Shown piece by piece: positions 26,989 through 39,501 of a stretch of DNA of 64,000 bases. The notes under the pieces were generated by a model that saw nothing but the letters and a program-made list of their open reading frames with translations, had not been told where the DNA came from and ran no database searches. Position 1 is the stretch's first letter; every line of letters begins with the position of its first letter. A program made the position numbers and the translations under genes. The stretch spans positions 31,992,001 through 32,056,000 of the forward strand of contig NC_043005.1 of NCBI RefSeq assembly GCF_006345805.1. The letters run 5' to 3'. This DNA comes from Octopus sinensis (taxonomy: Eukaryota).

Positions 26989-28310
26989 TGTAGGAAAAGA
27001 GATAATCTGCTACTGAAGTAATAGGCTGAATAGCAAGAAGATGCTATAAGATCTGTTGCCAGATGGACAAAGTTAGGATTTGAGATGCACAAATGTAGTT
27101 CTCAGTAGGAACAGCTGAAGTTCATGAACTGTTCAGATGACCTGCTAGATATTACTAGTTTATTTTACTTGGGAGACCTAATTAGTAGGGGGTGAGGTTA
27201 TAATTAGTGTTATGACTAGAATATGAGTACAGAGTTGAAAGAGCTGTTGGCTATAGTGATTCATACTCTATACAAAAGGCAGGCATGTAATGATATGCAA
27301 GGTAGTTTATTCAAATGAAATAGCCTGTTGTTGTTTTGAGGGGAGTGGCATGAATTTTGAGAATAGCAACACTTGGTGTGTCATCTCTCAGGATAACTAA
27401 AAGAAAGGAGTGGTCATCTATTCAGTCTCAGCTGATTTTTGCATTTTAGTGAGTAGAGGTGTGCAGAGATAAGAGGAAGAGATGGAGTTAGGGTGGTGTT
27501 AGCTCAGTACATCATTTCATGCTTTCGATGCTGGCATGTGTTGGACAAGTTACTGCTCTCTTAGCTATCAGGGACTGTCTGTCTCTTAACCTTTAGCATG
27601 GTTTCTATGGTTAGATGCTCTTCCAAATGCCATCTCCATTTCAGTTTATGATGGAAAAGATAACAACACACTGCCTTGTCCTTGGCAAGATTAAAGTACT
27701 CTCTCTTCTACATGTAGTAGCTGAGCAAGAAACTTAGAGCAAGAGAGTAATAGAGAAGAAATAATGATGGGGTAGGGGGCAGTGATAAAGAACCTGAGAA
27801 TTATAGGGAAAGTAGTTGCAGAATAGAAGTGAGTAATGGTAAGAGTGATAAGACAGGATAATTTGAGAACAAGAGAGAATGATGACTTCTAATAAAGAAA
27901 CGTGCCACACCTATTTTGTCATGCATTTGGACAGGTCTTGTCTAGTGCTGTATCTCATCACTTGTCATGATTCTTGGAAATCTCTGTTTAGAGTTCAGCC
28001 TATTAAGATGAGTTCCTTACTCACAAAACTGGCATTATTATTATGAAAAATCCAAGGTTAACTGGTCATTTTGTTTATTAGGTTACTCTGCTGTAATTGT
28101 ATTTCTCACTATATTGGTCTTAAGTTTCATGATTCAGTGATGTTATGAAACTCTTATACAATATCGTAGAACTATTTTTACAATAACATAGATATATCTG
28201 CTAGAATGTACTCACTGAATATTTAGTTATTTCAAACTGGTATTTTCATTGACCCATTATATATTGACAAGAAATGGTTGCTCTAAATTGTGAGATCTAT
28301 TCTATTGCAG

Positions 28311-28629
28311 GGTGAGTGGAAAGAGTCTGGAAAGAAAAAGAAACGCACCAATACTGCTGCTGCCTCCACTCCTAAGTCAGAACCTGTCTCCAATCATATT
28401 TCTGAAAACAGATCAGAGATTCGGGAACGTAGTAAAGATTGTGAACATCGCACAGCTGACAGAGCTGAGTTTGGACATAGGCGTGCACGACGCACTGGAC
28501 CTGTTGCACCAAGACATGCACGTTCCAGAGGAAGAGACAGAAGTGACTTCCGAGAAAACAAAGAAAATGAAGATGAAAGTAATGAAGATGGTGGCAGAGA
28601 ACGTAACTTTGGAAGAGGTCGAGGAAGAG
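28311..28629 (+). CDS. UBAP2L: UBAP2L-like exon 5: GEWKESGKKKK...GRERNFGRGRGR
   Basis: TTGCAG acceptor at 28310, GTAAAT donor at 28630, 319 nt (phase 0 to 1); lies inside ORF 28290-28679; W-x-x-x-GKKK motif and start of the RGG region. Confidence 0.9.
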
Positions 28630-29899
28630 GTAAATATTTTAATGTTGATATAAACTATGGAACTATCAACATAGCTTGAAGTATCTTTTAGAATAGAGTT
28701 TGAAGAAAGTGTTTGTGTATGCATGTACACACGCACATGCATCATTTATAGATGACTTTCAAATAACAGTTCTTTATTATTTACTAAAGCAGATACTTTT
28801 AAAATTAAATCATTTTATTTTCTCAGTCTTTCCTCTCCTTCCCTCATCTTTATACTTTTCTTCATTAGACTGAACTATGTAAAAAAGAAATTAACATTCT
28901 ATGATTCATTCCTACTTTAGAGCAAAACTTTTTATGACAACTCTATTAGTTAGATATTGTGTGATTTTTAAAGTGATTAATATTGTGAGTAGGTCACACT
29001 AAACAAGTTGTTTTCACATGATGGCTGGAGATTTTTTTAATGAATTTTCTATTGAATTGATTTCAATGTTTGGCAGTGTGTGGCATATATTTAGAATGGT
29101 AATTTGCTTGGGTATAAAGGAATCCAACTCTCAAGTAGTGTCACATAATGTTGGTGATTGTAGCCAACATGAACATAATAAATTGATGGGTAAATATTTG
29201 AATACTGGCAATCTTTTCTTGGAATGTTCATAAACATTGACCGACTTTACTCAAGGTGACAATACACTAAAATATTGGAGTTTTGCAACTCTGTAATTTT
29301 TAAGTTTTAATGTCTAGAACCAGAAAACCAGTTAAGTCATCACCATCATCATTTAACATCTATTTTCCATGCTGGCATGGTTTAGCTGGTTTAACAGGAA
29401 CAGACAAGTCAGAAGACTTGCACCAAGCTCTGCTGTCTGTTTTAGCCCAGTATCTATGGCTGGATACTCATCCTAACAAGAACCACTTTAGAGTGTGTAC
29501 TGGATGCTTTTTACATGGCACCAGTAGCAGTACGATCACCAAATAATTTGCAGGAAAAAACACAGAAGGGAGGGTAGGAATGGTATTAAGGGGCAGAAAG
29601 GTGTCTTGTATTAGAAGAGAGAGGTGGGGAGAGAACATTGGTGAATCTGTAACAGGTGAGAGAGCAAGGGCTGAACACCCAAGTTACAGACTGATGTATT
29701 ATAAATAGTGGACTGGGGACTGGAGAGGGTGGGTGGATTCATAAGATTTTAAAAGGAGAGGTGGCAGGGATTTAACAGGCATATTGTGTTCAGGTAGGTA
29801 GGTGAACACATGAGGAAGAATAGAGGGGAAGTGTGAAACAGCAGTGGTGAGAGCATGGTGGGTTGCGAGAGAGGTAGGGGCACATGGACATAGATTTTG

Positions 29900-30150
29900 C
29901 CTTGAGGGTGGGTCTTCTGAAGCATAGCATATTACCAGTTGTCTTTGTCGGTTGTCATCTGTGAGGATCAATATCTGAAGATCATTTGTCACCACTTCAT
30001 CACATACCTTCTTGGGTCTTCCTCTTCTAGAGCTTCCTTCCACATTTAGAGAGGAATACTTCTTTATGCAGCTGTCCTCATCCACACACATCATATGACC
30101 ATCAAATATAAACTGTTTTAGTTTGCAACTTTGTGTAATACATGTACAAA
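29900..30150 (-). mobile_element. RTE-clade LINE 3' fragment
   Basis: Minus-strand FDGHMMCVDEDSCIKK...VEGSSRRGRPKKVCDEVVTNDL resembles the RTE C-terminal W.GHV.RM....R.RGRP..W motif. Confidence 0.7.
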
Positions 30151-31162
30151 TTGTCTGTTTGGAATTAGGTAGCATTTTTTTCTATTATTATATATCCTAA
30201 TTGTATATTTTCTTCAAAGTCTGCTTGTAATTGATTCTTCATTTGTTTGGTGACGTATTTTATCTGTTTGTTTTAACATGGTGAATATTGTTAGACCTAT
30301 TGTTTTTGCCATAGGGAAAATAGTCTTCCCATTACCAATGACATTTTTGTGGTGTGAATGCTGTGTTTTTTATCAGACAAATTGGAGCAAATAGATTCTA
30401 CTTTGTTAAGGAGTAAATCATATGACTTATAGTTAATATAAGGTTTGATACTATGACCATGATTCTAATAGCTTTCACTCATAAGTACAATATCTGTTTT
30501 CTTCAGTAAATTAATGACCTGTTATTTAAATTATCTTTGACAGAAGACCAGATTGGATTGCAAACTCTTCAATTTTGTAGTGGTGCTTGTCTATTTATTC
30601 TGAATTTTAATATGCTGTGGATTGGTGATAAAGGTTATTGATGAGATGGACTATGCATGTGATCAGCATAGCTGGATATTTTTAACGTCACAGCAACTCT
30701 TGCTACTTTCACTATTTTCTCATATCTCTTTTTACTGTTTCATCAGTTCTATTAGAAAGATCTTTAGCAGGAACACTTGTACCATTTCCATATTTCTTTC
30801 TTCAACATCAGTGTCCTTTTTCTAACAGTTTTTAAAATCCAGAATACTGTTTTTTTAATCGTTTTCTTGTGGCACATTGGCAAACCCTGCACTTTCTGTG
30901 TCTCTCCTTGTTGGCATCTCTTCTGATATTGCTCTATGGTTAGTCTTTTAGTTTTTATAGCTCTGTGTATTGTACCATTATGCCAACATGTAATCTTTTG
31001 CCTCATTGACACTTTGCTCCATCCACAGATCTAGTCTGTGACTTGCAGCAGGTTTCCTTTTCATTATAAGCATCACCTAGTATCTCTCTGAACTTCCATA
31101 AGTTTCAGGTCATAAAATTCATCTATCTCAGGGACATGAAACTATTAGTTTTGCAGATTGGA

Positions 31163-31290
31163 TTAACCCTTTAGTATTCAGATTTCTTTGTCAAATGTAA
31201 TGCTTTTTTATTCACATTGTTTTGAATTAATTATGCATCATCTTGTAGCTTTGAGATTTTGATAAGGTATCTTTATTTAAAAAATAACAA
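31163..31290. mobile_element. Truncated piggyBac-type MITE end
   Basis: TTAACCCTTTAGTATTCAG terminus; the opposite end was not found. Confidence 0.45.
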
Positions 31291-34200
31291 AGGAAAGAGC
31301 ATCAGGTATGTTCTGCCATACTTCTTTATGGGAGAAAATCTCCACATTGTACATGTACAGTGCTATTAAGTCTTTTGAGTGAGAAATTCAGTTCTTGAAA
31401 GAAACTTTGCTCTGTTTCAGCTGCAAAACCTTTCGATAACATTTGTATCTATAGAATCAATATGATACATGTGCAAATCTCTTCTGTTCTACCTTACCAC
31501 TAATCAAGTATACTTATTGCCTAGTTCATCTAGTCATTTGATAATGCTTCCTCCTATTGCCTTCCTTCCAGGTTTTCCAAGCCTGTCTCTTAACCTTTAC
31601 AGCATGATCATCAGCCATGTCATTCTACCACCACATCGCCTTCAGTTTGTGTTTGCTAGATTGGTGTTAGGAGGGCATCCAGCCATAAAACCAAGCCAAA
31701 ACAGACTATGGAACCTGGTATGACCCCTGGCTTTGCCAATTCCTGTCAAGCCATCCAACCCATGTGAGCATGGGAAGTAAACGTTAAATGTTCATGACTA
31801 TGATGATAGATGATGAGATGGTTGGTTTCTTAAAGTGTGTTGCATATTGTTAGATCAATTGCATCACAGAACTCTAGGAACTTTACACCCTTCTCATTTC
31901 TCAAGGCATAACCATAGCTCTATGTTTGTTGTGGAAGCCATCATCATGTTGGGCAACATGTCCAATGAAGTCACTGTCAGTCATTCAGGTAGTCTGCAGA
32001 AGTGTCTCAGAGACATGGCCCTACTTTTCTTCTACCGTTTCTACCTGTGGGGTATATGTGAAGATAAAATTCACTGTGTTATACTTAGCAAAGGGGTGAA
32101 GTAAGAAAGCTTTCCAGTATAGGTGGTAGGTGCATTGCACCTTTGCAATGCATGACCAGTGAAAGTAACCAAAGCAAGCCCCGAAGACTCATGATAGAGG
32201 GGTAACATATTAAAGAGAACAATTTAAGGCAAGAAGTAAAAGAAACATGGTAAAAGGACAAACTTAACACATTTGAATACAAAGTACTGAGTGAATCAAT
32301 GTGGTAAAATTAATGAGAGAGGGTGGGGGAGGACAGAAAATGATACTTATCTTAATATGGTTTTTTCTTGTATTGACTTTCAAGTTTATTGATTCCATTT
32401 TTTTTTATACTTGGTTGAGAAAATCCAAGAGTCCCTAAAATTCACTTCTTTGACTCTGACTATAAACACATTTATGTGTGTGTGTGTGTGTGTATATATA
32501 ATATATATTTAATGTGTGTGTGTATGTAATCATACAATCCAAGAATCTAAGTGTAGAAAGTTTTTAAGCTTCAGTTTGTGGTATATATAAAAAAACAAAG
32601 TTCAGGAACTATAACAATTTATTGGCATCAAAGGTTGTAGGCTTTTCCCTGATATCAAAGTTCATTAAACTGAAAAAAATTTTTTTATATTGCTCACAGT
32701 TAGCAACTTGAGTTGCTATAAATGCAAATATAAATCCAAATTGAAGGATTGGAGCAGGTAAAATTTAGTCTACATTTGTTTCCTAATTAGCAGATCCTCT
32801 GATGTAATAATTACTCAATGAGGGGTACTCCGTTATCTACTCATCAGGCTGAAGATACCTTAATTAAATGAAGGTCACATTGTTAAGAAATCCCAAGTTA
32901 ACTTGCTTACAGACAAAACATTGAGGACCAATCTCAAGATATCTGGTGCCTTGCTGTGCTTGAGAAAACCCACTCTCCACAATAGAATTAATATCCTAAA
33001 ACCACCTTAGTTAATGCTTGCATGTGCAATGCTCTGCCCCATCTGAATTCTCTCTGCTATGTTAAGCTTCCCATCTCATTCGCTAAACTCATCACTTCTT
33101 TATCTCTGATATTATTCAGCTACCATAATCACCCAAGAGCAGAATAGGCACATAATATGCACCCTCCCTTGTTCCTTTCCCCCTTTATTTCCCCTCTTCC
33201 CTCAGAACCACTGCCATTCTTCATTATCTTCCTCCAGCCATACTCTCTCCTCTCTGCTATCTCTCTCAATGCCCACACATATCTAACATAACCCCTGCCC
33301 CTCCCTGATCTACTCCTATGTCTCACCTTCAGTTATTGCAACCACGTCTATCCCATCTAACCACCTCCCCTCACATTATGAAATGTTCTCCCTTTTCCCC
33401 TCTGTCTCTTACCCAGTCTAATCCTCACTTCACCTATATTCTCCCCCATTGTGCCTTTAGGGTATGTTCTGATACATATCCACCACCATCTCTATTTTTC
33501 TCTCCTCCCTTCTCCTCCAATTAGGGTATCTGTGTATCTCTTCTACAGCAAGACACCTGTCTCTATCCCTCTATCATTCTTTTAACCTCTCATCATCTTG
33601 CACAACCCCCACCCTCCAGTTGAGAGGACTTCACTGGTGTCATACAAAAAGCACTCAGTACATTCTCTAAAGTAATTGGCATTAGGAAGGGCATCCAGCC
33701 ATTGGAATCACACCAAAACTGACAAAATTTAGCATAGCCCTCTCTGTCTTGCCAGTATGGAAAATGGATATTAAATGATGATAAAGAAGAGGGTAAAATA
33801 TAATGAAAATAGTGTCTCTAAAATTGGTGTTTGTTGTATGTTTGACAGTCTTGATCTATCTCTTACCCTGATGTCACAGAATAACATGTGCTTGATCTTT
33901 ATTCTTTGTAGCATATCTATTGGGGTAGTTGTTAAGATTTGCCCAACATTTCCATTAGAAGTATGCTATGATAACATGATTACTGTCATCCTTTGTAGAA
34001 GTGGTCTGCAAGAATCTCATGAAAATGCCTTTTTGCTGTGTCAGTTTTGATTATGATCCATACACAGTGATCCCTGTTGTTATGTTGCCTGCAACTGGTC
34101 TAATTTGAATTGTTCTGTCACTCATTCCTGATTATCTCAATTACTTTAGCCAGTCTCTCATCAATAATATACTTACTCCACCTACTCTTGTGATGTTAAC

Positions 34201-35031
34201 CACACCGTGAAGAGTCTGTTTTTTGATTTCAAAGAATTAAAATTATTAGTGAATGAGTTAATGAACAAATTCCTTTAAGTTCTTTCTAATGGCATTTTCC
34301 CCAGTCCACTGAGCAAGCATCAAGAACAGGCATCAGAACAGGTCTATATAGTTGCTGTAAGGTATTAATCCCATATCTCTGATCCCAACATTTAGAAGAA
34401 ATAAAAAGTTGATTTTCTTGACACATGGTAGCTATATATACTTTTGTGTATATTGTAGAGTTAACTATGTAAAACTGAAGAGACATCTTGAACATGATGG
34501 CCTAAATCTAAGGTTTTGGAATATAAGTATTAGGACTTTTTCAGGTAGTAATTACAGGTAGTATCGGGCCTGATGCTAAAAACTCTTGCATTTTCCATAC
34601 TACCAACTTATATTTTCATGTGATATTATTAATATTGTTAGTCATTGTCATCTAATATTCAGTCTTAAATGTGATCTCATTATTACCTCAATTGATTGCA
34701 GGAACTAGATTGTCATTTATTTGTGAGGCAAACTTCAAACTGAGCTTCTAAGAGAAGTTTTAATAAGAGATCTATATGTATTGAACTAGTATCATAGCCA
34801 TTGATTCAACAATAGTGCAACAATAAGTTCTGTGACTGTTTCAGTGTACCAAGGTCTTTGAAGAATGTATAAAATGTTTCCACTTCATTCTCTGCCAAAA
34901 TCAGGTCAACACAGGAAATATTTCTGAAAATAAACTAACCAACCATTACTAATTGGATCTCTTCACAAGAGAAATATTTTTTTCTTGTTTGTTTTCTTTC
35001 TTATTTATGTATGTTGTACTTTTCATTCCAG

Positions 35032-35059
35032 GAGTAGGTCGGCGTGGACGTGGACCACG
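35032..35059 (+). CDS. UBAP2L: UBAP2L-like exon 6, 28-nt RGG microexon: (G)VGRRGRGP(R)
   Basis: Long polypyrimidine tract plus TTCCAG acceptor, GTAAGT donor; required to keep frame between exons 5 and 7 (phase 1 to 2). Confidence 0.85.
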
Positions 35060-35746
35060 GTAAGTTTTGTTAAATCAATTTGATATAATAAAGAACAGTT
35101 TTAACTGTCTTTAAAACAATTACAAAGTTTTGCAGATGGTGGAAGGAGTTAGATTAAATTTATTAAGGCAGTTTTTCTACAGCCTTGTGCTCTTCTTGTC
35201 ACCAACCATAATTTCTTTAAAAGTAAAGTGCTTCAAACAAAAAGCAGCTCATGGCTGGACATGTTTTCATAGCAGATTGTAAACACTACTGCTTAGACAG
35301 TGATGTTGTTTTTATGCAATTTCAAGTCAATGAGCAAGATGCTCTCACACACAGACATGTCTAATTCCACTCATATGGTATTAGTCATTCCAAGACAATA
35401 GTAGAAGGCACCTACCACAGTTCCACATGGTAGGAATAAACCTGAAACCATATGGTTACAAACCACATTCCTGCATCTGTATTTTTAAAATTGCAGAGCA
35501 TATGCAAATACATGGCCATCAGTTTTTGTGAGTGTATGGTAATTTTCAAAGGTTTTTTTTTTTTCTTATATAGAAGTTTACTGTTTTATCTATGGGAAGG
35601 CAAAGGAGTTAAACTGAACAAATCGTATTACATTTTGGGAGCTGAATAACCTTAACATAGCTTTATAACTGCAAAACTAAAACCTGTAGCAATTGTGCCA
35701 AATTTGAAATGTCTTTTTTCTTTTCTTTTCTTTTTTCTCAATGTAG

Positions 35747-35835
35747 AAGTTTTCGAAATCAGAGGTTTGATAAAGGTCCACAAATTGACACTTGGACCAA
35801 TGAGACTGCTGAAAATGCTGAGAAGGAAAATTCAA
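35747..35835 (+). CDS. UBAP2L: UBAP2L-like exon 7: (R)SFRNQRFDKGPQIDTWTNETAENAEKENS
   Basis: Polypyrimidine tract plus TGTAG acceptor; donor GTATGT at 35836, alternative in-phase donor GTAGGT at 35842. Confidence 0.87.
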
Positions 35836-37783
35836 GTATGTGTAGGTTTTTTTGTGTTATTGTATTTTTGAAATCCCTTTAACCTTTTTGTCCCATGGTC
35901 ATATGTTACCAGAACTCTTGAAACTAGATCTTAACTTTTCATATTGCTAAGCTAGTGATAATATGATAGCTTTGTTTGACAATTCATTATCATCAGAAAT
36001 CCACATTGCTATTGCATGGGTCAGTTGGATTTTATTGAAATTTTCTATGGCTGGTGGCCCTTCCTGTTGCCAGCTCTTGCCTGTTTCAAAATAAAGCAAT
36101 ATCTCGCCATAGTTGACATGTTTTTCACAGAAGATACCATGGCTTGTATGATGGTGGTGCTCATTTACAATCATTACATAGTGTCAATACAAGGATACCT
36201 GCATGCATGCCCACACATGCTTGTACACACATATATCACTGGCTTCTTTCAGTTCCCATCTACCAAATCCACCGCAAGCTTTTGTTAGGTCCTGGGCAAT
36301 AATAGATGTGCCCTAGGTGCTGCACAATCAGATTGAACCTGAAGCCATAAGTTTAGGAAGCTAACTGTTTAACCACACAACTATGCCTGCATCCTATTTT
36401 TCTAGATCTGCTTTTTCCCCTTGTGTTTCTGATGTTCAATACTTTTCAAACATTAATCATTAGACTCATTAGTTTGGTCTGGTGGAAGAGACGGTAACCC
36501 ATGACCAGTGAGACCAACAATGCTCATGTTTGGTTCTACTGAGGCAAGCCAATAACTGCTTGGAATAAATTCCAAAGAACCAAACCTCAAAGAACTATTC
36601 ATAATAGAAACTTCAAAAGTGATATTGAAATGCAACAAGTACACATTTTCGTTTTCACTTGTATAAACCGTAAACTAGTCAGTAATAAAAGGGATTCTTT
36701 CTAAGAGAATAAAGTGAAAATATTTTTCTTGAAGAAAGTAGGCCCTATCATCTTCACATCATAAAAGCCATTAACTTTTTACTTTTATTTATTCCAATTG
36801 AAGTTTTCTATATAATACTGAAAAGTAATCACTACTCAAAGCAAATGGACTAAAGGAATTTTTGCTATAAATATAGAAGCTTTTAGGCTGACAACTCATT
36901 TTACACCATGATTATTTTTAAAAGTTTAATATTTTTCCACTGATTTTTACTTAAAATTACAAGAGTTTTTGAAACAAAATTTCCACAGAAGACTTATGCT
37001 AGACCCTTTAAGTTGTTCCTAATACTAAAGGTTCATGCACCCATTTTATGGAAATCATCTTAAGAGGTTTATCCCTCTGATTGATTTTTTTTTGCTTTTC
37101 TCTCAACATTTTTATGAGTATCCTGCCTTCAATTGTATTGCAACATCTACTCAAATGTCTGTTCAAAGCTGCTGAGGATTCTAACCAATTTGGTGCAAAG
37201 AATGCAAAACATTGATAATATGCATCTGTATACCAAACCAGTTGCTACCCACCACCATATATTACCTCTCTACATGTTAGATAAGCTCATTTGATTCAGC
37301 CAATCTGCAGTGTCACTGTTGTTGATATTTACAAATGTGCCATTTTTCTCTCTCTGGTTTGCTGTCACTAGCACACTACAAATGAAACAACTGATTTGGC
37401 TGAAATAAGAAGAAAAAATCAACTATTTAGGAGACAGTGATTGTTTCTGGTTTCTTCTGAAAATTTTTCAAAGGGAACTATTCTTAGTTTTTACTCTATT
37501 CATTATCTTGAATTATAGAACATTTGCAAATGTTCTCTCAAATCACCAAGATGGTTAGAATTTACTCTATCAGGCAGACATTCAGTTGGATTAAGATATG
37601 GTTCACTCTTGAGATATTGTGTTATTTAGGAATAATTAAAATCCTGTACATTGACCAATGTAACTACCTTTTGTCCATGTTTATCAAACCAGTTGTCTAA
37701 TCAGCCATGTTGTCCCTAGCTTGCCAGCCAATTTGTTTTTATGTCACCAGTTTTTTTTCAGTTGAAAATCTTTAACATTTCAG

Positions 37784-37839
37784 CTTGGAATGATACCTTA
37801 TCTCCAGAGGATTGGAATGATGACAGTTGGACCGGAAGT
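37784..37839 (+). CDS. UBAP2L: UBAP2L-like exon 8: (T)WNDTLSPEDWNDDSWTGS
   Basis: ATTTCAG acceptor, GTAAGT donor, 56 nt (phase 1 to 0); EDW motif of the family. Confidence 0.88.
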
Positions 37840-39227
37840 GTAAGTAAACTGCAATGTCTTTTTTTATAGTTTTTTCCATTTCTTTTTTCTTTTTTAGTTT
37901 CCGTTAGTCATTTTAATTCTTTTAAATGGCTTTGCTTTTTAGTTGTCATTTTCATTGTTCTATCTCTGCACAGGTTTTTGTCATGGTTAATTTGCTTGCC
38001 TTACAGGGGGTGTTGCTCTAAGATTAGCTCAGCACATAGCCAAATAGATTATCAGCCCTAATTACAGAACACCTACTCAAAAATGTTTCAATATTAGGTT
38101 ATAACAATTGGGAATTGACATTATTTGTTAACTTGGTGGCATAATTTGCTGAATCAGCAACTGCAGTTCTTCAGTTATTTCTGATTGCCTTAAACTCTTT
38201 ATTGACACTTCATGTATCAATATTTAGAAAAAAATATATATTAGTATTCTACTATATATTGGTTTCGGACGTTGACATAAAGCCAGTAATTTTATGAGTG
38301 GGAGTTAGTCATGCTCAACTGGTACTTATTTTGTCAACCCTGAAAGGATGAAAAAATAAGGTCAAACTGGATGGAATTTGAACTCAAAACATAAACAAAA
38401 TGCCTCTAAGCATTTTGTCTGGCATGCTAATGATTCTGCTAGCTTGCTGCTATACATTGTTTTAAGTTATTCATTTAACATTTAATATTCTTAGCAAGCA
38501 TACTTCTTCATTGTGTTACTTAAATGTAATCAATGGTGTTTACCCGACTGGATTTATGTCTCTGATATGGTCTTGTTTAAACTGCTTCTAAGTGCAGAAT
38601 TACAGAATTGGCATATTACTCTTTTATTGAATAAGGAATTGCAACATTGTGCAAATATATCAAATAAATTTGCAAATCATTTATTTTTAAATGCTTTGAA
38701 TTTTCATTTTATTTGGCTTTCATTGGTATTTAATATTTTTGTTTGCATTGTTTTTTTCTTTGTTTTGAAGTCCATTGCATATTTATTTATTTTTTATTTA
38801 GACAAATGTGTATTAAATGGTGTTTGCATTAATTTTTATACATTTTTAGCACATTTTGAATGTTTTCATCTTAAACAGAATCCTGCAAGTACCGTAATCC
38901 ATGGGGCAGGGAGGAATTAGTTTCTGTCCATTTTAGTTGTTTGCTTTCAAGCTGAAGGTTTCTTTTATTGCTAGAATCGGCCAACTGTACTGCATAATTT
39001 TCCATGTTTTGACCTAGATGCCAGATAGTTTCATAACTCTTAAGAGCACACTGCAGATAGAAGTTAATTGTAAAACACATTAAAATTTTGTTTAAATACA
39101 AATTTTTCTTGTGAATGTTTGTTTATATTTTCCAAATTTATAAATGTCCTGATATTAACTATGCTAAATGTTTATGATATTAGTTTTGTGTAGTATCGTC
39201 TTTGAGAATGTGATACTGTATTTTTAA

Positions 39228-39501
39228 TGGAATTTAAGCATTACAAAAGAACAGTAATGCTTTATATGTTGGTTAAAACTGTTACCAGTTACATTTCAGT
39301 TAAGTTGATAAAATACTTGCCAGATAAGACTTAACTGTAAAAAAAAAATCATTGATTTCCCTCCTGGAATTTAAGCATTACAAAAGAACAGTAATGCTTT
39401 ATATGTTGGTTAAAACTGTTACCAGTTACATTTCAGTTAAGTTGATAAAATACTTGCCAGATAAGACTTAACTGTAAAAAAAAAATCATTGATTTCCCTC
39501 C
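39228..39501. repeat. Perfect tandem duplication of a 137-bp unit
   Basis: 39228-39364 and 39365-39501 are identical, including the 10-A run. Confidence 0.95.

Noticed and set aside
28290-28745. ORFs 28290-28679 (+), 28312-28653 (+) and 28413-28745 (-) as stand-alone genes
   Set aside because: They are exon 5 read through its splice sites, or alternative frames of the same purine-rich exon.
38513-38878. 135-aa ORF 38513-38920 as a full coding region
   Set aside because: It is Phe/Leu/Ile-rich, low-complexity translation of T-rich DNA. Only the last 14 codons after the acceptor are plausible.
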